From positions 1,054,001 through 1,118,000 of the forward strand of contig JBBPEB010000002.1 in assembly GCA_039096225.1 (NCBI GenBank): a stretch of DNA of 64,000 bases, read 5' to 3'. Position numbers and translations under genes: made by a program. The DNA comes from Blastocystis sp. Blastoise (taxonomy: Eukaryota; Protista; Bigyra: Opalinata). How positions within the stretch are numbered: position 1 is the first letter of the stretch; every line of letters begins with the position of its first letter. The notes under the pieces were generated by a model. It was not told where the DNA came from, did no database searches, and saw only the letters and a program-made list of their open reading frames with translations. Below, piece by piece: positions 16,453 to 31,225 of the stretch.

Positions 16453-16950
16453 GCATAAGGATCTATAAACTTTGGTTGGACACTCGTTTTCGTACTACGT
16501 GATGATAATGGCTTTAAACCTGTTTTTGATTCTTGTTTTATCTATATACATATATAATATATAATATAATAATACATATATATAATTAAAAAAGAAATAA
16601 AAAAAAAACATAATAACAATCAATTTTCATACAGTAGATCGTTCACTCTTCTTTTTTTGTTCTTGCTGTTGACGACTTCTCTCTATTTTCTTTCTATTTT
16701 GATCAAATTCAATACAACATTCAGGACATGCCCAATAACCATCTGGTATTTTACTTAATGGAGGACTAAGGCAATGACAATGAAAGGATAAATTGCAAAA
16801 ACTACACAAAAGTAATTCACCACCAGCATTACAGATCTGGCAAACAGAATTGTTATCACCTTTCCACAATGGTACAATATGCAATTCTTCAGGATACACT
16901 CTTCGACCTTGTCCATATACTTTCATTGCGGCAGACAAAGACTCTTCCAT
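14182..16950 (-). CDS. PHD-finger plus TIS11-type CCCH zinc-finger protein with Pro-rich C-terminus
   Basis: CQICNAGGELLLCSFCNLSFHCHCLSPPLSKIPDGYWACPEC; YKTEMCAFNKKGLCRYGATCHFAH; six exons in frame, one GC-AG intron at 16075-16139. Confidence 0.85.
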
Positions 16951-17293
16951 TTCAAATGTGATATTTAACTATATTTATAGATGAATAAAATTAATAATAG
17001 ATTAATTTATACACAAATTAATAGAAAAAATCAATGAAAATATATTTTTACCAAAATCTACGAACAAATCGAAAACGGAGGCAAATGAATCAAAGTTACC
17101 GTGAAAACAAGAAATAATTTTTCTTTTTGAATTCATATCTAAACAACGTGTTTACTCTTTAATCTTCAATCGGATTTATATTATTCGTAATTAAAAAATC
17201 TACACTATATCTTACTCATTAAATAGAGAATATATTATTGGAAACAGTTGTCTTATCCAATCATATTTGCTTGTATTCTTATTTATTTTAATA

Positions 17294-18821
17294 ATGAAAC
17301 AATCGAAAAAGGATCAAAACAAGCCTCTTCTGGAACTTTATGAAACGTTAATGGCCAAATCACCCACTTTATGGAAAAAAGTATTATTATAATGTGTATT
17401 TTAATCAATTTGGTGTTTCATTTTTTCTATATAGTATTGGACAATATTTAGGCTATATTATGTATCGAAATTAACCAAAACTGAATTCGATTCTATGATT
17501 TATGATATTTTAGGCGAAGAAAATAGTATGTCTATAATGCCATTATTATTGATAATTACCATATATTATTCTTAGTTGTTTTACACAATAAGATCCTGTT
17601 ATCTTTATTAGCTAATTCCGTGAAAAAGACATTACCGTTGAATTTGAATTCTCCTATAGCTGATACTAATTCACTAAGTGTAGAGACATCAAATAATAAA
17701 AATAATGATATTAAGAGGAATAAACGAAATAATATCCTTAAAAATAGTCAATTCTTTCTTATTTTATTCTTTTTGTTTTTATATTTGTTTTAACTCTATT
17801 TATTTTTTATTGATTTTGATCCTTTTTTCTTTAATCTTATACTTTCTGCATTAATTGAAGACCAATCAGAATCCGTTATTTCTGAAGACGTCTCTCTATC
17901 ACCCAATGAAATACCAGTAACGCCAAGTGCGTCATTGTCATCCGAACAAATGACAAAACGAGAAGATGGTAATCTTTTTTCTTATTATAATTATTCTAGT
18001 GTGTATTTTGATATTATTTTTATTTATTTTTTATGTTTATTATTGTTATTGTGTATATTATATATGTTTTTTATTGGTGTTAAATTTATTATTAGTATTC
18101 ATAGAATTATATATATATATATATAGTTCCCTTATTATTACAGTGTCAGACAACCGCTGGTATTTCTGCGCCACTATTTAAATCAATTAAATATAATTAT
18201 GAATATATACAACAAAATAATAATAATAATCGATATACTAATTTATATATATATACAAATAACCCATGGTCATTAGTATCATCATCATCATCATCATCAT
18301 CATCTTCTTCTTCTTTCTCATTACCTTTATTTATGTCACAATATATTATTCATATAACAAAACTATATCAAAAGAAAAAAATCATTAATTTCCCAGGGGA
18401 ATCCACAAGACTAATCAAAGAAGCTACACAAGTATATCTAAAATATTTATATATATATGTATGTAATTATTGTTTTTATTAGGCCTATTTTAATCGTATT
18501 TTTAATGCCCTCCAATTATATATTCAACCCGCCAAATTTGCAATGAAACATCTACCCAATAATAGTATATATATATATATATTTATCTATATATATATAG
18601 AAGAAAATGATGAATATATTGATGACGAAGAGTGTAATGTATATATATATATATATATTTTTTTTTTCATTTACTCTCTATATATATAGATTGAGAAAAT
18701 AACAATAGATTTACAATCGTTTCAAAGAATTCTATTAGAATATCCTCCAATTACTGGACCTCTAATGAACAAAGAAATACAATTAGTTTCTACTTTTCAT
18801 GATAATGAATCTAAACAATAA
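17294..18821 (+). CDS. TADA1: SAGA complex Ada1/TADA1-like protein
   Basis: YWTIFRLYYVSKLTKTEFDSMIYDILGEENIVLHNKILLSLLAN resembles the SAGA-Tad1 N-terminus; histone-fold-like ESTRLIKEATQAYFNRI; spliced frame continuous. Confidence 0.75.
17732..17842 (+). other. U12-type AT-AC intron
   Basis: 5' ATATCCTT, branch TTCTTTAAT, 3' TATAC; phase-1 join puts the downstream exon in frame. Confidence 0.85.
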
Positions 18822-19412
18822 TATTATATACATTATTTCAAATATATTTGATAAATATATATATATATTTTTAAATTTTTATTTTTTTTTTCGTTTTTTA
18901 AATAATAATATATATATTTTTATATTATTCATCATGCTTTCTTTGTGTTTCAATTCAAATATATAGATTTATAATTTGATGTTTATTATGCAATAACTGC
19001 TTTTTCAACTAATGGCATTTAGTTATTTATTTAAACTATTTAACTATTTTTAATATAAACATATAATTTAGAATAGATATATGTTTTAATAATATAAATC
19101 ATCTTTTTTATTCTAATATTAAATATCATTAAAGAAATAAAAAATTATTCTAGTAATAACTATTTATATAGTTTTCTACTTTAAATTTTGAGTTTATGAT
19201 CAACATAAATACTCGAAGAAATAGATCAAAACAAGTCTGAATACAATAAATTATAAATAATAGAATATTATAAATATTATCAAATAGAATCCTATGAAAA
19301 TCGTCCTTCACGATTATAAATTTATTGAATAAAATAATAAAACAAACTACAGTAATATAAACAAATAATAACAAAAAAAAAGGTAAGACAAAAAGAGTAG
19401 CAACATTAAATA

Positions 19413-19783
19413 CTACATTTCAAACGAAGAATTACAAGATTCATCCTAAAAGAATATATAATATGACGCATATAAATATACCTTTCGACTAACGTTATCA
19501 AATAAGACAACTTCTTTGTTATTCACTGAACATGTCATTTGTCCAAGAATACTAAATATAAAAATTAAAAGAATAAACTAACATGTCGCTTATATTTCTA
19601 ATAAAGAATCTCATACAACTTTTGATTATCAATTCGATGTTGTACTGATTTTGCTAGAGAATTCGGTGCTAATAGGTCTATTTGTATTCTTCCTCTTGTT
19701 ACAGGACCTTGTTCAAGCTCTCTATAAAGATCTAATTGTTCTGAAGGTAAAGTAGGCTGATTCTCTACAAGTACTTGTTCCAT
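19413..19783 (-). CDS. Hypothetical protein of about 95 aa (3 exons)
   Basis: MEQVLVENQPTL...NQKF|ILGQMTCSVNNKEVVLFDNVSRK|DESCNSSFEM*; GT-AG introns give one frame; family not recognised. Confidence 0.55.
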
Positions 19784-20121
19784 TTATCTGTATAAAAAAA
19801 ATAAAAGAAGAATTCAGAATAACATATCATGAACAGTATTTCTAAATAATATACAAATTGAATGAATTGAAAACTACAGTTATATCCTTTGTTAATATTT
19901 TCTGACTTTTTCTTAATTAAGTAAGAATAAGAATGAAAATAAATAGAATAAAGAGGGAAATAGAAACAATAATTATGAATAGAACTAGACTCAACAGAAA
20001 TCAGAATAATTAAGCACATTTTTCATTTTTATTCGTTTTATTTATATTTCATTTCTTTCTGAATTTATAACTAATACAAAGTTGTGAGATTGTTTTTCTG
20101 AAAGTTGGAATACATTATAAA

Positions 20122-21955
20122 ATGAATATGAATATGCATGAATATACAAATGGTTTTATAGGATTGTTTTACTGCGTTTTTGATGATATAGAAGGTCCTA
20201 AATTATTGAATCAATATCCAGAAAAGTATATTTCATTATTTATTGATTTCACTTTGTCTAGATGTTTTGATGTTTCGTTATTTCATGATATTTCAGAGTT
20301 TATTATCACAAAAGATATTCTTGTGAAGCGCACTCTACAAGTTTCTATAAATGGTTACGAGGTTTTAGGCCATCCAATACAAATTATGAGTCCTCGATAT
20401 CCAAGAAATCGATTTTTATTCAACTTTTGCTTTCTTTTTTCAAATTGTCAATATGTAGAACTCTATAAACCTCTTGTAGAAAAATCTGCTATGATTCTAC
20501 AAGAATTAGAAGAATCATCATTATATTTAAGTTCAGAAAAGACAAAAGTATTCTAGTTTATATATATATATATATTTTTTAATTATTTTTAATTATATTT
20601 ATTATTCTATTTATTATTCTATTATTATTCTATTTTTAATTATGTTTATTATAATATTAATTTAAATTTAAAAAAATATTTTTTTTTATAAATAGAATGA
20701 ATTTGGATTATTATTAAATGATATATATGATGGAATCAAAGAGAAAGGAGAATGTAAAATATTATTAAATCATTATATACCTTTATCACTATTTTTATCA
20801 CCTCCTCCATTTCCTATTGTAGATGTATATATATATTTAAAAAAATTTCTTTTTTCATTATATATAATTCAACTACTATTTTTAAAAAATAATATTTTTA
20901 GATTGATTTTTCTCAAGTTCCCGTGTTTATTTGTAGTAAAGATTCGTTTCGAAAATCATTTCCTTCACCCTATATTTTTGATGTATATATATATATATAT
21001 ATATATTTAAATAATAATAAAATTAATAATAAACATAATAATAATAATAATAATATATATATAGTCCTTATTAGTAAAGATTAATGGTATAACTCCAGTA
21101 TTTGATATGATTGATTCTATACATACAAAAGATAGATTATCTATTTTATTATCATTCTTATTACAAATAAAAGTCATTCAAATGGTTGATTATTTCCATA
21201 TATCGAATATATATATCTATACACATAAAGCCCCTCAAAAGATAAAAGATATAGAGTTTATAAATCAATGTAAAGAGTATAGTATGATAGAAACACATAA
21301 TGATCCTAATGTTATTATTCCTACTGTTTCTGATATATATAAGTTATTATCACTATTTAATTATTCTAGAACAATCTCTGAAATATGTCAGGATGAAACA
21401 TTTATATTATTAAGGAATTCATTAGATATACGACGATTTGTATTATTCCTTGTTCTTCATGAAGTATTAAGACGTGTATATAGATATCCTATAGTATTAA
21501 ATGAAGAAGAACAACAAGTAAAAACACAAGAATTATCTAAAGAATTATCTTTTCGAAAAGAACGAATATTTAGTGCTGATGAATTAAATACAAATAAATA
21601 TATAGAGAAATCATTAACATCATTTAAAGTTGGATCAAATACTTCATTAGATTCACAAAATATATTTGATAAAACTATATATCATACAAATATTTCTTAT
21701 TATACAAATACATCGAATAGTCAAAGTAATTCTTTACCTCCTTTAGCAACTATATTTGACTCAAATCAAAAAAATAATGATAATTTATCTAAACAATCTT
21801 CACAAATAAATAATAATTTTAAACAAACACAATTTTCTCCTTATTTTAAGAATTATTGTTCTATTGATTATATATGTATGGATACCCATATTTCGTATGA
21901 TATATTTATTTCATGGTGTGAACAACAACCTTGGTGTGAATTATTTAAAAAATAA
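20122..21955 (+). CDS. NPRL2: GATOR1 subunit NPRL2/Npr2
   Basis: LFYCVFDDIEGPKLLNQYP, SPRYPRNRFLFNFCF, LQELEE, VPVF, KING, DIRRFVLFLVLHEVLRRVYRYP. Confidence 0.9.
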
Positions 21956-22532
21956 TCATTTATATATAGAATTAGTATTATTGTTTTTATTTTATTTTTT
22001 AATTTTATTTTCTAATTTTATTTTTTATTGCTAGCATTCTCTTTCTTCTACTATAGAGTTTTCTTATGTAAAATATAAATTATATAAATATATATAGTAT
22101 TGTGTAATTATTTTATAAAGAAGAATAGTATATTCTATTTATTTTTATTAATTTTAAAGCGAGAAGAATGTGTTCATTTGATGGTGTATTTATGATATTT
22201 TATATGTATGTTATTATTAATAATTATGATATATTTTTGATTGATCAAGGTCAATTGATTTGATTTAAAATAATAAAAATTAAGTATAGACTTTAAAGTA
22301 TATAACGTTTCTTTTCATGAATGTATATATATACAATAAGAAAAACATTTAAAATTGTATATATATAATAAAAAGAAAACTAAAAAAAATTGTTAATAAA
22401 CAACAATTATTTTAGGATATGAACATATATATAATACTTTACAAAAACATATATAAAAACTACAACAATAAATCAAGTGTGAAAAAAAGAAAAGTAGAAA
22501 AAAGAATATATATATAATATAATATAAGATAT

Positions 22533-25156
22533 TTATATTAATTCACCAGCAGGACCATAATTCTATATATATATATATTATATTAATTGTTTATAAAGAA
22601 TAAAATAATTATATATATATATACCTTTTGAATATATAGATCTTCAGGATAATACTCGACATGTAATTGTTGTCCATTAAATGTTTTTGTTCTTAATTCA
22701 CGTGTAGCTTGAGAGGATTCTTGTAACGATGAATATTGTAAGAATACATAACCTAATCCATCACATATCTTCTGACCATTCTATATATATAGATTATTGA
22801 TATATAATAGTATAGAATGAATTTGGTAATAAAGAATAAATAATAAATATTAAATAATAAATAATAATTAATAAATAATAAAAAATAAATAATAATAATA
22901 AATAATAAATAATAAATAATAAATAATAAATAATAAATAATAAATAATAAATAATAAATAATAAATAATAAATAATAAATAATAAATAATAAATAATAAA
23001 TAATAAATAATAAATAATAAATAATAAATAATAAATAATAAATAATAAATAATAAATAATAAAGAATAAAGAATAAATATTAAATATTAAATAATAAATA
23101 ATAATTAATAAATAATAAATAATAAATAATAAATAATAAATAAAAAATAATAAATAATAAATAAATAATATATAATAATAAATAATAAATAATAAATAAT
23201 AAATAATATATAATAATAAATAATAAATAATAAATAATAAATAATAAATAATAAATAATAAATAATAAATAATAAATAATAAATAATAAATAATAAATAA
23301 TAAATAATAAATAATAAATAATAAATAATAAATAATAAATAATAAATAATAAATAATAAATAATAAATAATAATAAATAATATATATATACTTTTGGTCT
23401 AGGTATTTCCATAGACAGAATGGTTCCTAATTTCCCGAATTCTGTATTAAGATCCTCCTTGAGATCCTCATAATCCTCTTCTTCTTCTATATCCTCAATA
23501 GATAATATATTACCTACTCGAAGAACAGGAGAAGGCTCTATATAGAAAAGAAATATATAGATATATAGATAGTATTATTATATATTATAATTAGTATAAA
23601 ATAATATTTAAAAAAAGAATAAAAAAGAATAAAAAAGAAAAATAAAATAAATATTATATATATATATACTAGAGATAGTAGAGACAGGAATAGGGAATGC
23701 AGGCCATTTCGGAGATGGTTTAGAGACATGAAGAAGAATAGAATTAGTAGGAGAATCCATAGGTAGACCCTCTAATCCTTCCATAGCTATATCATGCCAT
23801 AAGGCTGACTCATATCTATATAGATATATATATTATAATTATTATTTATTACTTTATATTTTATAATTATTATTATAATTATTTTGAATTATATAATGAA
23901 TAATAAAAATATATAATAAAATGATATTATGTAAAAAATAAACAATATATATATATATATACTCTACAACAGCTTCTCCTTGAAATTCACCATCTTTTTT
24001 TAATAAAAATAAATTTTTAATTTCTCCAAACGGATCACAAATATTACGTATTTCAAATTCTTCTAATTCTCGTGGAATATTCTGAATCAATATACATTTT
24101 TCAATATCATAAGAAAGCTTCACTATATATAAATGAATCATATAATTATCTATTGAATTCATCAAATAAATGATATTTATAGTTAAATAACGTATAATAA
24201 ATAATACATATCTATATACACTCTTCTTCATTAGGAACGGTTGGACTTATTTTCATTGTATTCATTTGAATATTCATTTTCTTATCATTCTTTCCTAATA
24301 ACATATTTTCACCCATCGATTTTAATGTTTTATATTGATGCATTGCATCTGCACCTGTAACTAATTCTAAAAGAAGTTCTGGATCCACTTGAGGGGCTTC
24401 TGTTTCAGGACCATTATAAGTCTTTGGACGTGTCACAGATACATTCTATGATATTATTTATATTGTATTAATAGAGTCATTATATTAATTATTATTATCA
24501 TAAAATATAATAATATATAATAAAATATAATAAAATATAATAAAATATAATAAAATATAAATAGATACACGATTAAATATATTTAATCCATCCAGAGCAA
24601 GTGCATTATTAGTTTCTTTAACAGTTCTAAACTCTATAGATGCAGATTTACCATCTGAAGAGATCCAAGTATTCGTACAGGGATGTCCTGGAGCAGTGGT
24701 TAACTTTAAATTAGCCATCAACAAATTCACAGCTGTCTACATATATAATATATTATATAAGGAATAATTAACAATATTTTTACATACTTGCAATTGATTT
24801 GGTGTTATATTATCTGGCAAATTTGATATTAAGAGTTCTGTAGCACTTTTCAATTCACCAGTGGCCTATAATAAATATAAAATTAAGTATCATTAAAACA
24901 AAGACCTAGAATAAATAAATATTCTCATTTTATAAAATATATATACAGCAATACGTTCTTTGGGATCATTGACGAGTGTTCTCACAGCAAGAGAAAATGT
25001 TTCACGTAGAGTGTTCTTTGGTTTGTCTTCATGATGAGTTCTGCTTTTTGATCTTTCTTTATGTGAATGATGTTTGTGTGTTGTTGATCGATGATCATGA
25101 TGTCTATCGACATCATGAGAATGTCTAGACCGCGATTCATATGAATGAGAAGGCAT
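22533..25156 (-). CDS. U2AF2: U2AF large subunit (U2AF65)-like protein, RRM-RRM-UHM, divergent
   Basis: IEFRTVKETNNALALDGL, RPKTY, PSPVLRVGNI, EDYEDLKEDLNTEFGKLGTILSMEIPRP, GLGYVFLQY, FNGQQLHVEYYPE. Confidence 0.88.
22850..23380. repeat. (AATAAAT)n heptamer satellite inside the 611-nt U2AF65 intron 22781-23391
   Basis: Dozens of near-perfect tandem copies visible; source of the spurious IIYYLLF ORF. Confidence 0.95.
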
Positions 25157-25999
25157 CGTATACCGTATCTTTTTAATAGAGCGAAGGTTATGAGTTTATT
25201 AAAAAATAATATAAAAATTGTGGGAATCTTAGAAAACTACTTTCATTTCTCATTTTAATTGAGGAAATATTTGATTTGTATATTCTTTAATTATTATACT
25301 CAATCAAAGTTATTCAAGAGAAATAAGTATTTTGTTGAATTGATGAAGTTATTTTATTGCAAAGAAATTGATTTAGATAAAAAATAAAAATAACTGACAT
25401 GAAAAATCAAGAACATTGGAAGAATTTTGTTCAACAATCTAGTTGTATGTTCTTTAAATGTTCTTGAAAGAAATAATTCATGCATAATGTATTTCAATAA
25501 TATGTTTGTTTCATATGAATCTATAAATGAGCAATATCTATCTATTATTGATGATAGATTAAATAAGATATATCACAAATTGTAACACACATTGCTTTTT
25601 TATATTTCATTTATATTTTATATTGCAATAAATGGAATATTTTTATTTTGACTTTTTTTAAATGGTATGTTGTTTCATTTATGTATATAATAACCCTATA
25701 CATTAATAAAGAATTGTTGAATAGCATTTATATATCGTTAGAGTGTTCTATAATATTTTCTATGTATATAATTGTTGTGTGATAAATTATATCTATTTTA
25801 AAAAATTATCTCATTATATAATCTCAGCCTATTATAATAGTATCATTAAAACTAAGAATTCTTTAGATGTACAAAATATATATTTATAAATAAAGAAAAA
25901 TATAAAAGGATAATTAAAAAAACAAATATATATATATATATATATAGGAATAATATGAATTTATGGATTTGTCTTCTTAGCATCCTAAATACAACATAA

Positions 26000-26320
26000 T
26001 TACTATAATAATATATATATATAATAAATATAATAATAGATATATAATAATAATAACTACATATGTCTATATATACGTTAGAATCACCTTCTTTTGATCG
26101 TTTCATCGAAGCACGTGCTTTCGGTCCCCAATTGGGTTCAGGATTATTAGGATATAACGCAACTTCAAATGTTGGCATAGTAATACCTTCAGTATCAAAA
26201 TTAAACTATATATATATATAATATATAATAATAAAATATTTTTATATTATAATAATAAAAATAATATAAATATATATTTAAAATAATAGTATATATTACA
26301 GCAAATCGTCTTTTTTTACA

Positions 26321-26357
<37 letters not shown>

Positions 26358-28347
26358 TTGTTGTGATTTCTTCGTTAATATAATACGAGCAGGACTATCT
26401 TCAGGGAGTTTATTAATATCCAGAGGGTGTTTCTCTTGCCAATTACGGAATAAATCAAATATAACAGAAGAAGGAGCTGTTGTTTTTATAGCTAGAGGAT
26501 CAGTATGAGATTGAGACACTTGATATCCAGCGTGAATCAGACCCGACTGAATCTAGATGAAATAATATATATATATATATAATAATTAAAGAATAATGAC
26601 ATTATAAATGTTTATAATAATAAGAGAATAATAACCATATATATATATATATATACTTCAATCATTTTAGGTGAATTCATGTGAAGTGTATTACACATGG
26701 AATGAAGAGAATAGAAGAGAGGGACATCGTGAAGTTCAGATCGTTCCTATTATATATATATAACGTTATTTATAAAAAATAATACAATACACACAACAAT
26801 AAATAAGAATTTATATATATAATTTTACAAATAATAATAACATATATATACAGCATAGAGAAGTCCAAGAAGACGTTTTTGGGTAGGAATAACGCCTTCA
26901 GCAGTAGCTTTTACCCTATCAATACAGTTATCTAGCCATTTCTCGGAATATAAAGGTCCATTCCAAACAGGACCGGCCATCTATAGTTATATATTTATAT
27001 ATGATGGTTATATTCATAATATCTGTTAAATAAATAAAACTATGTATTATATATAGATTAAAAGAGTTAATAATAATAAACATATATATATATATATATA
27101 TACAATCCAAGAGGATCCACATTGGTCGCATACTATAGGAGTGGTATTGGTATTACATATATACTTATTATCTACTTGCTTCCCTAAAGGTTGAAGGTAA
27201 TAATTATCACAAGAAGTACAGGAATAAACAATAGAAGATTTGAATGCTATAAAGATATATAATTATACATATATATAGATTTGACTATAATTATATATTC
27301 AATATATATATATATACCTGTTTTTTTAACTTCTTTTTTACTATCAAAACTATATATAAATATTTAAATAATAGAATGATACTAATAAAATATAATATAA
27401 TAGATAGACTATACTATAGTATACAATATAAAATAATAATATATACACGCGAACAAACATTCGTATATAGAAATCAATTTGAAAAGCTGCTAAGACTTCT
27501 ATATATCTCCCATATTTAGCAGCCACGTTATTTATATATCCTAAAGCGATTCGAAGAGCTAATTCATGACAAAAAGGAGTCTTAGGGCAATTTGCACCAT
27601 ATTTACTATAGGATACCTATATATAGATTAAGAATGAAAATAAAGATATGTATAAATATAACAATAATATATATAGATTAAGAATGAAAATAATGATATA
27701 TAGGAATATAATAATAATATATATAGATTAAGAATGAAAATAATGATATATATGAATATAACAATAATATATATAGAATAAGAATGAAAATAAAGATATA
27801 TTTAAATATAATAACAATATATATATATATACTTCAGGATGATTCCCACATAAAACTGTAAGATCCGTGCACGTGACAAGCATGAGACCTCCATCCTTAA
27901 TAGCTTGAACAGCACTATCAATAAAGATACTACAAGATCCGTACGGATCTAAATCGATGACATCAAACTGCGTCATTGAAGAACGATTTTCATACATATA
28001 TAATGTTGCATCACTATATATATATACATTGTTATATACATATTCATATTCATAATAATATATATTATATTATATATATGTATATATATTAAATAATAGA
28101 ATAACAATTAATAACTATTAATAGCTATATATATACGCTTGATTTGGTACAACTCTACCTTTAGGTATATTATTATATTCCACATTTTTCTTAATACTTT
28201 GTACCGCCGGATCCGCTATATCATTAGCAATAATGCGCTTAACACCGTGAATTTCTTTCCAATAACGAATACTACGTAAACCAGAAGCACTTAAAGCTTC
28301 TAATATATACATACCATCCTCAGCCATTATAGGATCATCTATATAAA

Positions 28348-28387
<40 letters not shown>

Positions 28388-28792
28388 AACAAAAATAGAA
28401 TATAAATATATAAATACTCTTTTCAGTGAAATACTCTACTTGTTTCTTCTTTAGATTCTCATAACGTTGAGGTTTTGCAGCTTTCAATTCATCAGCCTCT
28501 TTCTTTAATAACTCACCAAACATATTAATGGATAATATGGATAAATCACGATTCAATACTTGAACCTATTCATATATAAAGATTTACATAATTATATATA
28601 GTTTGAGGCATTTATACATCGTTCGAATGGTTAATTCAGATGAAATTATGTGGATATATACTGGATTATAGAAAACATCGTTGTTCTCAGGAAATATAAT
28701 CGTTGCTTTTCCTTCTGTAATCGTTTTGTAGCCTTTAGGTATTTCTAAAAATCATAACTATTCTAATTTAAAACATAATTACCAGAATCCAT
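26000..28792 (-). CDS. TRMT1: tRNA (guanine26-N2)-dimethyltransferase Trm1
   Basis: VFYNPVQVLNRDLS, ILEALSASGLRSIRY, FDVIDLDPYGS, HELALRI, CTSC/CDQC zinc ligands, NPEPNWGPKARA; the end at 26000 assumes a last intron directly before TAA. Confidence 0.95.
27621..27820. repeat. Intronic 50-nt tandem repeat, 4 copies
   Basis: ATATAGA(T/A)TAAGAATGAAAATAA recurs at 27621, 27671, 27721 and 27771. Confidence 0.85.
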
Positions 28793-29798
28793 GCTATTTT
28801 ACTAGAATTTTATTTGGGTATGACTAACCGAAAGGCTATAATAAAATATATCATATGGATCTAATTCAAAATACGTAAATACCAAGAATTCAGGACACTT
28901 TCTTATTAAATAAAGTAATTGTCGTTATTTTCTTGTTTAAAAAATTGTTTTCACTCATTTTTATATTTTATTCGTGAACTTTATTAAGGACGTTTTTTGG
29001 TATAATTAACAAGTATTTTTCTAATATGTCTATATTTAAGTTACTTAGAGATTTATGAGAATATATATAAAGTATAAGTATATAATTTGATTAGTTTATT
29101 TTAGAAATTTCATTTTTTAATATTACTAAAGATGAAGATATTATTTTATATTCATGCGTAATATATAGGTAATTGTAAAATAAGTAATAGTGATATTTCT
29201 TTATGGCTTTTTATTGGATAAATGACAATCAATTTTTTAAAGCTGAATTTATATACTTTTCGGTGTTATAACTTGTTTATTATGATTAGATAGTGATAGA
29301 ACCAATAATGAATCTAGTATGGTAGTAAATAGGATAAAGAACAATGACTTATGAAGATATTCTTATTCTTTGATAATATACTTATGGTTGGAAAATAATA
29401 CTTTCGTTTTTTTTAGTATATATTCATAATATTCGATTCATATATATATTGATTTAAATTGTAAATCTATAAGAATGGCATATAATAAAGGTTAATATAT
29501 AGAAATAAACATTTTAAATTATATAATATATGTCAGTCTTTCATTTATTTATAATTTGGTGAACTTTATTATGTAATGAGATGAATATAAATATTTTTTT
29601 TCTTATAAACTTAACTAATAGAAAATATATTATTTATTATTTAAAAAAAAATACTAGTTGAACTGTAAACAAAAATCAAATTATTTTCATTTGAATAATG
29701 ATATACACAATAAGAGAATATCATTGTTTCAATAATCAAAACAAATATAATAAAAATTAAATATTTCTAATTAATCTAGAAACAAATAATAATTCAGT

Positions 29799-31225
29799 TT
29801 ATAACTCATCTACACTCACCATTTCTCCATGCTCTTCAGGATTATATCTATAAAAAAAATAATAATATATATATATAAAATAATATAAATAAAAAATAAA
29901 TAAATAAAATAATTAATAGATACTCTTCAATAAGATTTGTAGAGAATCGTTCGATGGTTTCAGGTCCACGAACTTCTTCACATAGTTCAGGAATCATAAC
30001 TATATGATAATCACTAAATAAATCAATAATTTGATTAATATATTTATCTTGTATCTTTCTTCTAGCTAAACATTTCTTACAAATACAATCTTTATCAGGG
30101 AATAAGATTTGATTTACAACAATAGAATTTACATCCATTTTATATTTTTGTAAAGCTTGTACTAATCGTTCTGTTTCATAAACACTTAAGAATTCAGGTA
30201 TACAGACACAAATAAATGTAGTTTCTTTAGGATTTGTAAAACGAACAGATACTTGTTCAATATTTGCTTTCATTTTATTAATTGATTCTGTTATATTCGG
30301 TCTGGCGGCATCTCCTTCCGGCATTAAAGACATCACCTATAGATAGATAGGTAGATAAATAGACAAATATATTATAATGTGTATTGTAGTTATATAATTA
30401 TTATTCTATTAATTTATAAAATAGAATACTTAAAATAGATTAAAAAGAATAATAAAATTTATAATAATAATATAAAAATAATAATAATAGCATAGAATAC
30501 AATATACTTGATTGATGATCCCTCCAAAAGAGTCAGTTAGAGATCCGATAGTATCAAAGCTCTTCTCGAGCATGGAGGGGAACCCAATTAATCGAAGTGT
30601 ATGGCCAGTGGGAGCTGTATCAAATACTACTATATCATAATCCATCTTCTGTACTTGTTGCATCAACTCTGAAAACGATAATGCTTCATCAATACCTATT
30701 GAAATAGGAATAAAATTATATTAATGTAATTATATTATTATATTTATATAATAAAATAAAAATATAATAAAATAAAATAAAAATATAATAAAATAAAAAT
30801 ATAATATAGTAAAACAAAAATATAATATAATATAACATACCTGGTAAAGAATTTGTGATTTCATTTAACAAGGAAGATGCTTTTGAGGATGTTTCGCTAC
30901 TTACGGAAGAATTATTAAATAATAATTTTGAAAAGTCTTTTTCTGGATTGCTTTCAATCTCCATACACGATAAATTCTTAAAACCATTGACTAATGTAGG
31001 TTTATTCGTAAATTTTTGTTTGAATGCATCACTTAAGTTATGCGCAGGATCTGTAGAAACAATCAACACACTCTTATGCGTTTTAGCGAGTTGAGTACCT
31101 AAAGAACAAGAAGTGGTTGTCTTACCAACACCTCCTTTGCCTCCAACAAAAATCCATTTCAAATCTTTTGAGTTTACAATATGTTTTAAAGTAGGCTCAG
31201 GAAATTCAAGTGTCTCGTTCTCCAT
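29799..31225 (-). CDS. GET3: GET3/ASNA1 tail-anchored protein targeting ATPase
   Basis: [66 protein letters not shown]. Confidence 0.97.

Noticed and set aside
23080-23412. ORFs made of IY, YYY, LLL or IIYYLLF runs (also 6821-7049, 42881-43114, 56998-57240)
   Set aside because: Translations of intronic microsatellites
25398-25445. MKNQEHWKNFVQQSS as an SRP9-like first exon
   Set aside because: No credible downstream exons
26298-26321. Possible micro-exon (KKRRFA) inside a TRM1 intron
   Set aside because: No AG acceptor, and the flanking exons already join in frame (SQQD|FNFD)
27621-27820. Regularly spaced repeats as a CRISPR-like array or MITE (also 5335-5460, 53905-54085)
   Set aside because: Head-to-tail intronic duplications with no unique spacers, terminal inverted repeats or target-site duplications
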